Shown piece after piece: positions 1-12,283 of a stretch of DNA of 64,000 nucleotides. The DNA is from an uncultured Thermus sp. (lineage in GTDB: Bacteria > Deinococcota > Deinococci > Deinococcales > Thermaceae), in the NCBI GenBank assembly GCA_947085095.1, contig CAMTVD010000035.1, forward strand, positions 1-64,000. The letters are read 5' to 3'. The position numbers and the translations under genes are program-made. The first letter of the stretch is position 1; the number at the start of each line of letters is the position of its first letter. Below the pieces are notes generated by a model. That model worked only from the letters and a program-made list of their open reading frames with translations. It had not been told where the DNA came from and ran no database searches.

Positions 1-55
1 GCGCCGATGGTACTGGGACCGCAGGGTCCTGGGAGAGTAGGTCGGTGCGGGGGAT
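1..55 (+). rRNA. rrf: 5S rRNA, 3' part (truncated by window edge)
   Basis: GCGCCGATGGTACTGGG...CCTGGGAGAGTAGGTCGGTGCGGGGGA matches the 3' half of Thermus 5S rRNA; followed by tRNA-Gly as in Thermus 23S-5S-tRNA-Gly operons. Confidence 0.95.
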
Positions 56-64
56 TTTTCCTTC

Positions 65-140
<76 letters not shown>

Positions 141-143
141 CTT

Positions 144-176
144 AACCCCCCAGGGCAACCTGGGGGGTTCGCTTTT
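144..176 (+). terminator. Intrinsic terminator of the rRNA/tRNA operon
   Basis: AACCCCCCAGG-GCAA-CCTGGGGGGTT hairpin followed by CGCTTTT. Confidence 0.8.
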
Positions 177-236
177 GTGAACCCCATAGCCTCCCCACGA
201 CCGGACTGGTGTATTCTGGCCCGTAAGGGGGGAGGC

Positions 237-1214
237 ATGCGTCTACTGGATACCTACGGCAGGGTTATCAAGGATGTCCGCATCTCGGTCACACCCCGTT
301 GCAACCTGCACTGCCTTTATTGCCATCCCTTGGGCCTCGAGGTGGCCGAACCCCCCGGCACCCTCACCGTGGAGGAGGTGGACCACTTCCTCGAGGCCGC
401 CTCCCTCCTGGGCCTCTCCGCCGTGCGCTTCACGGGAGGCGAGCCCCTGGTGCGCAAGGAACTCCCCCAGATGATCGCCCGGGCCCGGGAAAAGGAGGGC
501 ATTGAGGACGTGGCCATCACCACCAACGGCCTCCTCTTCGCCAAAAGGGCCAAGGAGCTGGTGGAGGCCGGCCTCAACCGGGTGAACATCTCCCTGGATG
601 CCATCACCCCCGAGGTCTTCACCCGCATCACCCGGGGCGGGAAGGTGGAGCGGGTGGTGGAGGCCATGGAAACCGCCCTGGAGCTGGACCTCCACCCGGT
701 AAAGCTAAACGCCGTGGTCATCCGGGGGATGAACGAGGAGGAGGTGGTCCCCCTGGCGGCCCTCTCTCTGGAACGCCCCCTGCACATGCGTTTCATTGAG
801 TACATGCACCTGGACAACTCCGACCCTGAGGAGTACCGCCGCCGCTTCGTTCCGGGTAAGGAAACCCGGGCCCGGATTGAGGCGGTTTATGGCCCCCTGG
901 AGCCCGTCCCCCACGACCCTTCCTCCCCGGCCCGGGTCTTCCGCATCCCCGGAAGCCAGGGAACGGTGGGCTTCATCAACCCGGTCACCGAGCCCTTCTG
1001 CTCCCACTGCTCCCGGCTTCGCCTCACCTCGGACCGGAAGCTGAGGCCCTGCCTCCTCACCGATTTGGAAATGGACATCGCCTGGGCCTTCGCCGCAGAG
1101 GAGCCGGTGGAGGCCCTGGTGGACGCCATACTGATCGCCACCCAACGCAAACCCGCCTTCGGCAACACCCTTCCCACCCTGCGCAAGCGGGTCATGCTGG
1201 GGATCGGCGGATAG
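237..1214 (+). CDS. moaA: GTP 3',8-cyclase (molybdenum cofactor biosynthesis radical SAM protein)
   Basis: CNLHCLYC motif, TGGEPL, C-terminal CSHC..C cluster, terminal GG; GGAGG RBS before ATG 237 (the ORF-track start at 96 lies inside the tRNA). Confidence 0.93.
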   Translation: MRLLDTYGRVIKDVRISVTPRCNLHCLYCHPLGLEVAEPPGTLTVEEVDHFLEAASLLGLSAVRFTGGEPLVRKELPQMIARAREKEGIEDVAITTNGLLFAKRAKELVEAGLNRVNISLDAITPEVFTRITRGGKVERVVEAMETALELDLHPVKLNAVVIRGMNEEEVVPLAALSLERPLHMRFIEYMHLDNSDPEEYRRRFVPGKETRARIEAVYGPLEPVPHDPSSPARVFRIPGSQGTVGFINPVTEPFCSHCSRLRLTSDRKLRPCLLTDLEMDIAWAFAAEEPVEALVDAILIATQRKPAFGNTLPTLRKRVMLGIGG

Positions 1215-2022
1215 CCTGGAGGGTGGCCAGGATCACCAAAGAGGCCCCAAGGAAGCCCCAGGCGCCTAGCCTCTCCCCCAGGACCAAGAAGGCGAAGAGG
1301 GTGGCCCAGACGGGCTCCAGGGTGTAGAGGATGGCCGCCTGGGGAGCAGGCACATACTTCTGCCCCCAGGTCTGGAGCCAGGTGGTGAGGGCGGTGGCCG
1401 CCACGCCCAGATAGAGGACCGCTCCCCAGGGCACCCCCTCCAGGCGGAAGCCCTCCGCCAGAGCCCAGGGCAGGGCGAAGAGGCCTGTGCCCAGGACCTG
1501 GACGGCGGTGAGGGGCAAAGAGGGTACGGCCTTGGCGTGGACCTCGAGGCGGATGATATAGATGGCGTAGGTGAGGGCGGTGAGGAGGGTCCAGAGATCC
1601 CCCACGTTCAAGGGGGGCTGCCTGGGGTCGTAGGAGAGGAACCCCACCCCCAGAAAGGCCAAGAGGGCGGCGAGCCAGACCCCACCCACCCGCCTCCCCG
1701 CCAGGGAGAGGAAAAGGGGCACCAGGACCACGTTTAAGGCGGTGATGAAGGCGCTCCGGCTGGCCGAGGTGTAGAGGAGCCCCACCGCCTGGGAGGCGTA
1801 GCCCAGAAGGAGCCAGAAGGCCAGCTCCAATCCCGGCCCCCACGCCCCCCGGGGCAGGCGCAGGAGGAGGGGCAGGAAGAAAACCCCCGCCACCAAGAAG
1901 CGGAGGAGAACCAAGAGGCTTGGGGGGATCTCCGCCACCGCCCCCTTGACCACCACGAAGGTGGTGCCCCAGATCAGGGTGAGGAGGTTAAGGGCGAGAA
2001 GGCCCAGGGCGTAGCCACGCAT
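1192..2022 (-). CDS. EamA/DMT family transporter
   Basis: About 10 hydrophobic helices in two repeats; IWGTTF, YTLEPV and LGE motifs. Confidence 0.88.
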   Translation of the reverse strand: MRGYALGLLALNLLTLIWGTTFVVVKGAVAEIPPSLLVLLRFLVAGVFFLPLLLRLPRGAWGPGLELAFWLLLGYASQAVGLLYTSASRSAFITALNVVLVPLFLSLAGRRVGGVWLAALLAFLGVGFLSYDPRQPPLNVGDLWTLLTALTYAIYIIRLEVHAKAVPSLPLTAVQVLGTGLFALPWALAEGFRLEGVPWGAVLYLGVAATALTTWLQTWGQKYVPAPQAAILYTLEPVWATLFAFLVLGERLGAWGFLGASLVILATLQAIRRSPA

Positions 2023-2039
2023 GGCCTAAAGTGTATAGC

Positions 2040-3032
2040 ATGGTGCCCGCGCCCCAGGAAGTGCGCAAGACCCTGAGGGAAAGGCTCTTGGCTCGCCTCC
2101 GCCACGAGGACCCCCTTTATCAGGCCCTTCTCCAGGACTACCCCCGCCGCGGGGGGAAAATGCTGAGAGGCCTCCTCACCTACTACAGCGCCCTGGCCCA
2201 CGGGGCCCTCGAGGAGGGCGCCCTGCTTTTGGCGGAGGGACTGGAGCTTTTCCAAAACTGGGTCCTCGTCCACGACGACATAGAGGATGGGTCCGAGGAG
2301 CGCCGGGGGCTTCCCGCCCTCCACCGCCTCCACCCCATGCCCCTGGCCCTGAACGCGGGGGACGCCCTGCACGGGGAGATGTGGGGCCTCCTGGCCCAGG
2401 GGGTGGCCCGGGGCGTCCTGGGCCCGGGGGTCCTCCTGGAGTTTTACCAGGTGGTGCGGCGCACCGCCTACGGCCAGCACCTGGACCTCCTCTGGACCCT
2501 CACGGGCAGGTTGGACCTCACCCCTGAGGACTACTTCCTCATGGTGGGGCACAAGGCCGCCTACTACACCGCCGTGGCTCCCCTGCGCCTGGGAGCCCTC
2601 CTGGCGGGAAGGGAGCCCCCTCCCCTCTACGAGGAGGCGGGGCTCAAGCTGGGGATGGCCTTTCAGATCGTGGACGACGTGCTGAACCTCGAGGGCGACG
2701 AGACCTACGGCAAGGAGCGGGCCGGGGACCTTTACGAGGGAAAGCGCACCCTGATCCTCATCCGCTTCCTGGAGGAGGCCCGGGAGGAGGACAGGGCCCG
2801 TGCCCTGGCCCTCCTCCGCCTGCCCCGGGAGGCCAAGCCCGAGGCGGAGGTGCGCTGGCTTTGGCAAAGGCTCCTTGCCTCCGAGGCCCTGGTCTGGACC
2901 AAGGGGGTGGCCCAGCGCCTGAAGGCGGAAGGGTTGCAGGGGCTCCTTCCCCTCTTGGAGGGCCTCCCCAACGGGGAGGCCGCCAGGGTTCTTGCGGACC
3001 TCCTCGCAGCCCTGGTGGAGCGGAGGGCATAA
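2040..3032 (+). CDS. Polyprenyl (geranylgeranyl) diphosphate synthase
   Basis: GGKMLR, LVHDDIED..RRG (first Asp-rich motif), FQIVDD (second Asp-rich motif), DLYEGKRT. Confidence 0.9.
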   Translation: MVPAPQEVRKTLRERLLARLRHEDPLYQALLQDYPRRGGKMLRGLLTYYSALAHGALEEGALLLAEGLELFQNWVLVHDDIEDGSEERRGLPALHRLHPMPLALNAGDALHGEMWGLLAQGVARGVLGPGVLLEFYQVVRRTAYGQHLDLLWTLTGRLDLTPEDYFLMVGHKAAYYTAVAPLRLGALLAGREPPPLYEEAGLKLGMAFQIVDDVLNLEGDETYGKERAGDLYEGKRTLILIRFLEEAREEDRARALALLRLPREAKPEAEVRWLWQRLLASEALVWTKGVAQRLKAEGLQGLLPLLEGLPNGEAARVLADLLAALVERRA

Positions 3033-3048
3033 TAAGGCCATGCAAGGG

Positions 3049-3231
3049 ATGCGCTTCAAGGTGATCACCGCAACTGACCAGGATATATTCCAGGAAAGGC
3101 TGAACCGCTTTGTGGAGGACCTGCCGGAAAACGTTGTCCTGGTGGAGGTGAAGTTCGCCGTGGCCGAGGGGGCCTCTCCCCTCTTTGCCGCCTTGGTGCA
3201 GTACAAGGAAGTGGAGGCTTGGAAGGAGTAG
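3049..3231 (+). CDS. Small hypothetical protein (Cse60/DUF2758-like pattern)
   Basis: 60-aa ORF MRFKVITATDQDIFQERLNRFV...FAALVQY with Thermus-like codon use; fills the gap between flanking genes; alternative start 3040. Confidence 0.65.
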   Translation: MRFKVITATDQDIFQERLNRFVEDLPENVVLVEVKFAVAEGASPLFAALVQYKEVEAWKE

Positions 3232-3809
3232 AGGCCTTTCGCTTTTTGCTGGCCCTCAAGGGGGAGGCCCTCAGGGAGGAGGTCAGGAGCCGTTTTCCCC
3301 GCCTGGTGCCCCTCCTCAAGGCCCTGGGGGAGGAGGTGGAGGCCCGGGGGGAGGCCTTCCACCTGACCCGCCCCTTGCGCCTTTCCTGGTTTGCCCCCCT
3401 CTTCGCCGCCCGCTTTCCCCTCCTTCCTCCTGAGGAGCGCCTCCTGGCCCTGGAGAGGCTCCTCGAGGCCGCCCATACCTCCGCCGAGGCCGGTGAGCCC
3501 CTGGTGGAGGGGGATGGCCTCCTGGCGGCCGCCCGGGCCTTCCAGAGGGGAAGCGAGGCCCTTCTGAAGGGGCGCCACCGGGAAGCCCTCCACCTTTATG
3601 GCCAAGGGCTGGGCCTTCTGGAAGGGGCGGGCCTCCCCTTCCCCGCCACCGCCCTGGCCCTTCTGGCCCTGGCCCAGGAGGGGTTCCGCCCGGGGGGCAA
3701 GGGACAGAAGACGGCCAGGAAGGCCTTGGAAAGGGCTGAAACCGCCTTCGCCAAGGCGCTTGCGGCGAAGGTCCTTGGGGCCACAGAAGAAAGCCCCAAG
3801 AGGCCCTAG
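3219..3809 (+). CDS. Hypothetical helical (TPR-like) protein
   Basis: 196-aa Ala/Leu/Glu-rich ORF with a TPR-like segment ([13 protein letters not shown]); overlaps the previous gene's end. Confidence 0.65.
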   Translation: MEGVEAFRFLLALKGEALREEVRSRFPRLVPLLKALGEEVEARGEAFHLTRPLRLSWFAPLFAARFPLLPPEERLLALERLLEAAHTSAEAGEPLVEGDGLLAAARAFQRGSEALLKGRHREALHLYGQGLGLLEGAGLPFPATALALLALAQEGFRPGGKGQKTARKALERAETAFAKALAAKVLGATEESPKRP

Positions 3810-3819
3810 AATGGGGGGC

Positions 3820-4839
3820 ATGTCGGGGCTTAGGCGGGTGTACCTGGCCCGGCCTCGAGGCTTCTGCGCCGGGGTGGTCATGGCCATTGAGGCGGTGGAG
3901 CGCTGGGCCGAGGCCCTCAAGGACCAGGGGGAGCTTCTCGTCTACCACGAGATCGTCCACAACCGGGCGGTGGTGGAGCGGCTTAGGGCCAAGGGGGTCC
4001 AGTTCGTGGAGGACCTGAAGGAAATAGAGGACCTGCGCCAAAGGAGGCGGCTTGCGGGCACCCTGGTCTTCTCCGCCCACGGCCACCCGCCTGCGGTGCG
4101 TCGCGAGGCGGCCCAGATGGGCCTCACCATCCTGGACGCCACCTGTCCCCTGGTCACCAAGGTCCACACCGAGGCCAGGCGCTACGCCAGGGAGGGGTAC
4201 TGGATCCTCCTCATCGGAGACTCCGCCGACCACCAGGAGATCAAGGGCACCTACGGGGAGGCCCCGGAGAGGACCATCCTGGTGGCCGTCCACACCCACG
4301 TGGGCAAAGACCCCCGCCTGGCCGACCCCCACACCGTGGCCGTGCCCGATCCCGAGCGGGTGGTGGTCCTGACCCAGACCACCCTCAGCGTGGACGACAC
4401 CCTGGCCACCATAGACATCCTCAAAAAGCGCTTCCCCAAGCTGGTGGTGCCCCCTAGGAAGGACCTCTGCTACGCCACCCAGAACCGCCAGGAGGCGGTG
4501 AAGCGCCTCGCCCCCAAGGTGGAGGCCTTTCTGGTCCTGACCAGCCCCCACTCCTCCAACGGGATGCGCCTCTTGGAGCTGGCCCAAGGCCTCACCGGGC
4601 GGGCCTACCGCCTCGAGGGGCCCGAAGACCTCAGGCCCGAGTGGCTCCAGGGCGTGGAAAGCGTGGGCATCACCTCCGCCGCCAGCACGCCCGAGGACCT
4701 GGTCCAGGGCCTCCTGCAAAGGCTTAAGGCCCTGAGCCCAGGCCTAGAGGTCATAGAGGAGGGGGAGTGGGAGGAGATCGCCTTCCGGGAGCCCAGGCCC
4801 CTCTCCCCCGACGAGGTTCTATCCCAGACCGCCCCCTAG
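3820..4839 (+). CDS. ispH: 4-hydroxy-3-methylbut-2-enyl diphosphate reductase
   Basis: [46 protein letters not shown] 7 nt before ATG 3820. Confidence 0.95.
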   Translation: MSGLRRVYLARPRGFCAGVVMAIEAVERWAEALKDQGELLVYHEIVHNRAVVERLRAKGVQFVEDLKEIEDLRQRRRLAGTLVFSAHGHPPAVRREAAQMGLTILDATCPLVTKVHTEARRYAREGYWILLIGDSADHQEIKGTYGEAPERTILVAVHTHVGKDPRLADPHTVAVPDPERVVVLTQTTLSVDDTLATIDILKKRFPKLVVPPRKDLCYATQNRQEAVKRLAPKVEAFLVLTSPHSSNGMRLLELAQGLTGRAYRLEGPEDLRPEWLQGVESVGITSAASTPEDLVQGLLQRLKALSPGLEVIEEGEWEEIAFREPRPLSPDEVLSQTAP

Positions 4840-4863
4840 CTTCTGGTAAACTGGTTCGGAGCT

Positions 4864-5783
4864 ATGGGGCTCCTCATCCAAGACCGCTTCGATCCAAAGG
4901 CGCATGCGGTAATCTACCCAGGTGACTGCCTGGCACTCCTGGCCCAGATACCCAGTGAGAGCGTGACTCTGGTGATCACCTCACCGCCTTACAACATTGG
5001 AAAGCCATATGAAGACCGGAAAGCTCTGGACGAATACCTGTCTTGGCAGGAGGAGGTCATAAGGGAATCCGTCCGAACGCTGAAGCCTGAAGGGAGCCTT
5101 GTCTGGCAAGTAGGCAACTATGTAGAGAATGGAGAAATCCTTCCCCTGGATATTCTCCTTTTCCCTATATTTCGCTCTTTAGGATTGAAGCTCCGCAACC
5201 GCATCGTTTGGGCTTTTGAACACGGGCTCCATGCCAAGCGGCGCTTTTCAGGACGCTATGAGGTGGCCCTTTGGTTCACCAAAGGGGACGAGTACATCTT
5301 CCACCTGGATAGGGTTCGGGTCCCACAAAAATACCCCAATAAGCGTCACTTCAAGGGACCCAAAAAGGGGGAGCTATCGGGAAATCCCTTGGGAAAAAAC
5401 CCTGGCGATGTCTGGATTTTTCCCAACGTAAAGGCTAATCATGTGGAGAAAACCACTCATCCTGCCCAGTACCCCGTAGAGCTGGTAGAGAGGTTTGTCC
5501 TGGCCCTCACAGAAGAAGGAGATTGGGTATTAGACCCCTTTGGGGGCTCCGGTACCACCGTGATCGCCGCACTTATGCACAGAAGGCGCGGAGCCATGGC
5601 GGAAATCGTTCCCGAATACGTGGATATAGCCCGCACCCGTCTGCAAGAGGCTTGGGAAGGGAAGCTACGGGTTCGTCCCATGGAACGGGAGGTCTACGAT
5701 CCTACAGGGAAAAGCCCTTATGTTCCGCCGAGATTGGTGAATCTGAAAGCGATTTGGGAAGCACCTCTGTTTGCGGAGCTTCA

Positions 5784-5787
<4 letters not shown>
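4864..5787 (+). CDS. Site-specific DNA methyltransferase, beta class (probably m4C), M.BstYI/M.BglII-like
   Basis: TSPPY catalytic motif N-terminal, HPAQYP and DPFGGSGTT SAM-binding motif C-terminal; lower GC than flanks. Confidence 0.9.
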
Positions 5788-7832
<2,045 letters not shown>

Positions 7833-7836
<4 letters not shown>

Positions 7837-9161
7837 CCCCTCCAGTCTAGGGCCTCCCGGTAGACCCCGTGGTAGGCCAAAGCCGGCCCCTCCCAGGAAA
7901 AGTCCTTCCCCATGCCCCTAAGGCCCATGGCCTCCGCCCCCAGGTGGAAGAGGCGCAAAACCCCATAGAGGAGGCCCTCGGGGTGGTAGGACTCAAAGAG
8001 GACCCCGGTCCTTCCGTCCTCTATGGTGTCCTTGAGCCCCCCCACCGCCCGGGCCACGGGAGGGGTGCCGTAGCGCTGGGCCATCATCTGCACCAGGCCG
8101 CAGGGCTCAAAGCGGCTGGGCACCAAAAGGGCCTCGGCCCCGGCGTAGGCCAGGCGGGCCAGGGGCTCGTGGTAGGCCTCCAGGAAGGCCACCCGGCCCG
8201 GGTGGGCCACCGCCTTTTCCCGGAAGGCCCGGGCCAGCTCCTCCTCCCCCACCCCCTGCACATAGAGGCTAAACCCCAGCTCCAGGAGGCGGGGCAAGGC
8301 CGCAAGGAGGAGGTCCAGCCCCTTCTGGAAGTCCAGTCGCCCCACGTAGGCTAAGACGGGGGGCTTGAGGCCCGTCCTCTCCCGGAAGGCCTCCCGGGCC
8401 AGGACCTTCCCCGAGGGGTCCTCCCGGGTGTAGGGGGCGGGGAGGTGGGGGTCTCTGGCCGGGTCGTACACCTCCGTGTCCAGGCCGTTCAGGATGCCCC
8501 TGAGCTTCCCGGCGTGGCGGCGCAGGACCCCGTCCAGGCCCATGCCGAACTCCGGGGTCTTTATCTCCTCGGCGTAGCTGGGGCTCACCGTGGTCACCCG
8601 GGAGGCGAAGACGATCCCCCCCTTCATCAGGTTCACCCGGCCATGGTACTCCAGGGCCTCCATGTGAAAAAGGCTCCAGGGAAGCCCCGTCCAGCGGAAG
8701 AAGGCCCCCGGGTCCAAAAGGCCCTGGTGGGCCAGGTTGTGGATGGTGTAGACCACGGGCACGGAGGCGGTAAGGGCCAGGAGGGCCGCTGTCCAGTCGT
8801 GGGCGTGGACCAGGTCGTACCCCTGGGCCAGGCGGCCCGCCGCCAGGGCGAAGCGCAGGTAGCGCTCGGGATCGTCGGGGTAGCCGTAGACCCGCTCCCG
8901 GCCGAAGCCCTCCACCTTGAGGAGGAGGAAGCGCACCCCCCCCTCCACCCGCTCCCCCAGGGGAGCCACCGCCTCCCGCCCGGCGAAGGGGAAGCGCACC
9001 TCCCCCACCCGCCTGGCCTCCAAACCCCCGTGCCAGGGGAGAAGGACCTCCGCCTCCACCCCCAGGGGCCTCAGGGCCTTGGGCAGGGCCCCCACCACGT
9101 CGGCCAAACCGCCCACCTTCACCAGGGGGTAGGCCTCGGGGGCCACGTGAAGGACCCGCAC
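7833..9161 (-). CDS. glgA: Glycogen synthase
   Basis: KVGGLADV, HAHDW, TIHNLAHQG, PSRFEPCGL. Confidence 0.95.
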
Positions 9162-9226
9162 GGGCTAAGCATACGGGCTTGCGTGGAGGCTTGGCAACAA
9201 AAGCTGGGCTGGCCCTTTCTAAACCC

Positions 9227-9589
9227 TCACCCCTCCCAGGCCCCAGGGGGCAGGGGCCCCGCCCCCTTTAGGTCCCCCAGGTAGAGGTAGGTCCAGGCCG
9301 TGAGGAGCCCCTCCGGGGTATCCACCTGGACCGCCACCCGCCGGTACTCCACCCCCTCCTCCTCCAGCTCGTCCAGAAGGGGTAGGGCCTCAGGGTCCAG
9401 GAAGAGGACCTCCCCCTCCACCCACCCCTTTCCGGGCACCATGGCCGGGTAAGGGTAATCCTCCCCTTCCAGGTGATAGAGGCAAAAGCCGTGGACCCTT
9501 CCCGGAAGGACCCGGTGGAGGAAAGGGGCCACCAGGACGTGGTTCCTCCCGCCCCGCTTGAGGGTGCCGTAGGCGAAGACCCTCTCCAC
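9227..9589 (-). CDS. Gamma-glutamylcyclotransferase (AIG2-like) family protein
   Basis: FAYGTLKRG..NH, YPAM, LDELE..Y.R. Confidence 0.85.
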   Translation of the reverse strand: MERVFAYGTLKRGGRNHVLVAPFLHRVLPGRVHGFCLYHLEGEDYPYPAMVPGKGWVEGEVLFLDPEALPLLDELEEEGVEYRRVAVQVDTPEGLLTAWTYLYLGDLKGAGPLPPGAWEG

Positions 9590-10263
9590 TACTCGCCCAG
9601 GAAGCGGTAGCCCAGGCCCACCACGGTCTCAATGAACCGGGGGGCCTGGGGGTCGTCCTTGAGCTTCTTGCGGAGGAGGCGGATGTAGGCGTCCACCACC
9701 CGCTCCGAGCCGGGAAAGTCGGGGCCCCAGACCCGGTCCAAGAGCTCCTCCCGGGTGTAGACCCGGCCCGGGGCCTGGACCAGGGTGAGGAGGAGGTTCA
9801 TCTCCGTGGGGGAAAGCTTCAGGACCTCCCCCTCCAGGAAGGCCTGGCGGGCCTCGAGGTCCAGCTCCAAGGGGCCGAAGCGCCGCCTTCCCTCCTTGCC
9901 CGCCCGGCGGAGGAGGGCCTTGATGCGGGCGAGGAGCTCCTTGAGGGAGAAGGGCTTCCCCAGGTAGTCGTCCGCCCCCCCCAGAAGCCCCTCCACCCGG
10001 CTATCCTCGTCGGCCCGGCCCGTGAGGAGGAGGACGGGGAGGAGGGGGTCAAAAGCGCGTAGCTCCTTCAGGACCTCCAGTCCCTCCATGTCCGGCAGGC
10101 CCCGGTCCAGGACCACCAGGTCGGGCTTTTGGCCTTCCCAAACCTGCGCCAGGGCCTCCCCCCCGGAGCGGGCCCAAGAGGTTTCTAACCCCTCCTTCTC
10201 CAAAAAACGCCTCACCAACTCCCCCACCTGCGGATCGTCTTCCACCAGAAGAATGCGTGCCAT
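9589..10263 (-). CDS. OmpR-family response regulator
   Basis: LLVEDD, LDRGLP, GADDY..KPF receiver domain plus C-terminal winged helix (ETVVGLGYRF). Confidence 0.92.
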   Translation of the reverse strand: MARILLVEDDPQVGELVRRFLEKEGLETSWARSGGEALAQVWEGQKPDLVVLDRGLPDMEGLEVLKELRAFDPLLPVLLLTGRADEDSRVEGLLGGADDYLGKPFSLKELLARIKALLRRAGKEGRRRFGPLELDLEARQAFLEGEVLKLSPTEMNLLLTLVQAPGRVYTREELLDRVWGPDFPGSERVVDAYIRLLRKKLKDDPQAPRFIETVVGLGYRFLGE

Positions 10264-10281
10264 AATCCTTATCCCGAATAC

Positions 10282-10968
10282 CTACCTTCCCAGAACCAGC
10301 ACCACCCCGGGATACTCCCCCTCGGGCAGACCCAATAACCGGGCCACGGCCTCATCGTAAAAGGTCTCCGCGGGATAGGCGGCAAGACCATGGCCCACCG
10401 CAGCGAGTAGGGCAAGCCCTGCAGCATAGCCCGCCTCCAAAAGAGCATACCGGTACCCGCGGAGGCCAAACAAGGCCTCGCTCCGCTCCGGGACCAGGGT
10501 GAGGACCAAAAGGGCCGCCGCCCGGTCCAGGGAAAGGCCGAGAAGGGCCTCGGACCAGGCCCAGACCCCCGCCTCGCGGGAAAGCTGGAAGAGCTGGTGC
10601 TCCTTGGGGAAGTAGTGGTAGACCCCAGGGAAGACCCCCTCCACCCGGAAGACCACCAGGTAGGCCTCCAGGGAGTAGGCCTCCCCCGCCGAGGGGAAGC
10701 CCCGCCCCCCCTCCCGCTCCGCCAGGGGGTAGAGGACCTGGGAAAGGTCCTTGAGGGTGAGGGCCGAGCCCACCTCGGGGAGGAGGGGCCTGAGGTGGGC
10801 CATGGCCCGGAAAAGGGGAGGCCCCCCATCCTGGCGGAAGGGGGGAAGGGCTTGGGTCTCCAGGGGGTTGGCGTAGACCTTGGCCCGGGGTTTGCGCTTC
10901 AAAGGAAGCTCGTCTCCCGGTCCCAGGCGGGAGAGACGGTAAAAGAGCTTGCCCGGGTGCTTCTCCAT
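10282..10968 (-). CDS. SagB/ThcOx-like nitroreductase-fold protein
   Basis: PSAG..Y.LEAY, GVYHY.P..H.L, RGYRYALLEAG. Confidence 0.8.
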   Translation of the reverse strand: MEKHPGKLFYRLSRLGPGDELPLKRKPRAKVYANPLETQALPPFRQDGGPPLFRAMAHLRPLLPEVGSALTLKDLSQVLYPLAEREGGRGFPSAGEAYSLEAYLVVFRVEGVFPGVYHYFPKEHQLFQLSREAGVWAWSEALLGLSLDRAAALLVLTLVPERSEALFGLRGYRYALLEAGYAAGLALLAAVGHGLAAYPAETFYDEAVARLLGLPEGEYPGVVLVLGR

Positions 10969-10970
10969 GG

Positions 10971-12215
10971 CTAGAAGCGGTAGCTCTTGGGCACCACCAC
11001 CACTCCCTCGGGGGTCACGGTGAAGCCCCGGGCCCGGTCCAGCTCGAGGTCGTAGCCGATCTCGGTGTGGGGAGGGATCTTCACGTTCTTGTCCACGATG
11101 GCGTTCCTTATGCGGCAGTAGCGGCCCACCTCCACGTCGTCAAAGAGCACGGAGCGCTCCACCAGGCTGTAGGAGTTCACCCGCACCCGGCGGAAGAGGA
11201 CGGACTCCCTTACCGTCCCCCCGCTCACGATCACCCCGCCCGCCATGAGGCTATTTAAGGCCCGCCCCACCCGCTCCCCCGTCTCGTGGACGAACTTGGC
11301 CGGGGGACTGAAGAGGTTGGCGGTCCTCAGGGGCCACTCGGGGTTGAAGAGGTCAAACTCGGGGATGACCTTGACCAAGTCCATGCTGGCCTCAAAGTAG
11401 GCGTCCAGGGTGCCCACGTCCCGCCAGTAGAGGTTGGGCCCCTCCTGGCCGGGGATGGGGTTGCGGTGGAAATCGTAGGCATAGACCCTATACCCCTCCT
11501 TGAGGGCCTTAGGGATCACGTCCTTGCCGAAGTCGTGGCTGCTGGTCTCGTCCCTGGCGTCGGCCTCCAGGAGCTCAAAGAGGACCTCGGTGCGGAAGAT
11601 GTAGTTGCCCATGGAGGCCAAGGCCAGGTGGGGCTTGCTGGGAAGGGGCTTGGGGGCCTTGGGCTTTTCCTGGAACTCGGTGAGGCGCCACTCCTCGTCC
11701 ACCTGCAAGACCCCAAAGCGGCCCGCCTCCTCCACCGGCACGGGGTAGGCGGCGATGGTGATGTCCGCCCGCTTCTCGTAGTGGTACTCCACCATGTGGC
11801 GGACGTTCATCTTGAAGATGTGGTCCCCGCCGAAGACGGCCACCGCCTTGGGGGCGTGGTTTTGCACCAGGTGGAGGTTCTGGTAGATGGCGTCCGCCGT
11901 ACCCCGGTACCAGACGGGCCCGAGTTCCTCGTAGCGGTACATCTGGGCGGGCACCAGGAGGATGAAGTGGTCCGAGAGAAAGGCCCCGAAGCGCCAGTAG
12001 CGCTGGATGTGCTCCGTGAGGGACTGGGCCTTGTACTGGGTGAGGACGTAGATGGCGTAAATGCCCGAGTTCACGAAGTTGTTGAGAACGAAGTCAATGA
12101 TGCGGTACTTGGCTCCGAAGGGCACCGCGGGCTTGGCCCGCTTGGCGGTGAGGGGATAGAGGCGGCTCCCCTGCCCCCCCGCCAGGATCATGCCCAGAAC
12201 CTCCACCTTGACCAT
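10971..12215 (-). CDS. glgC: Glucose-1-phosphate adenylyltransferase
   Basis: [45 protein letters not shown]. Confidence 0.96.
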   Translation of the reverse strand: MVKVEVLGMILAGGQGSRLYPLTAKRAKPAVPFGAKYRIIDFVLNNFVNSGIYAIYVLTQYKAQSLTEHIQRYWRFGAFLSDHFILLVPAQMYRYEELGPVWYRGTADAIYQNLHLVQNHAPKAVAVFGGDHIFKMNVRHMVEYHYEKRADITIAAYPVPVEEAGRFGVLQVDEEWRLTEFQEKPKAPKPLPSKPHLALASMGNYIFRTEVLFELLEADARDETSSHDFGKDVIPKALKEGYRVYAYDFHRNPIPGQEGPNLYWRDVGTLDAYFEASMDLVKVIPEFDLFNPEWPLRTANLFSPPAKFVHETGERVGRALNSLMAGGVIVSGGTVRESVLFRRVRVNSYSLVERSVLFDDVEVGRYCRIRNAIVDKNVKIPPHTEIGYDLELDRARGFTVTPEGVVVVPKSYRF

Positions 12216-12283
12216 AGAATCCCTCCTTTGCCGGTAGTTTACCCCAAGGCCCTCGGGGCGAAGGTCCGGGTATAGTGGGCGCG

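Noticed and set aside
10282..10968. SagB-like gene as part of a thiazole/oxazole RiPP cluster
   Set aside because: No YcaO cyclodehydratase or Cys/Ser-rich precursor nearby; the CWDPSC ORF is 11 kb away with no evidence of linkage.
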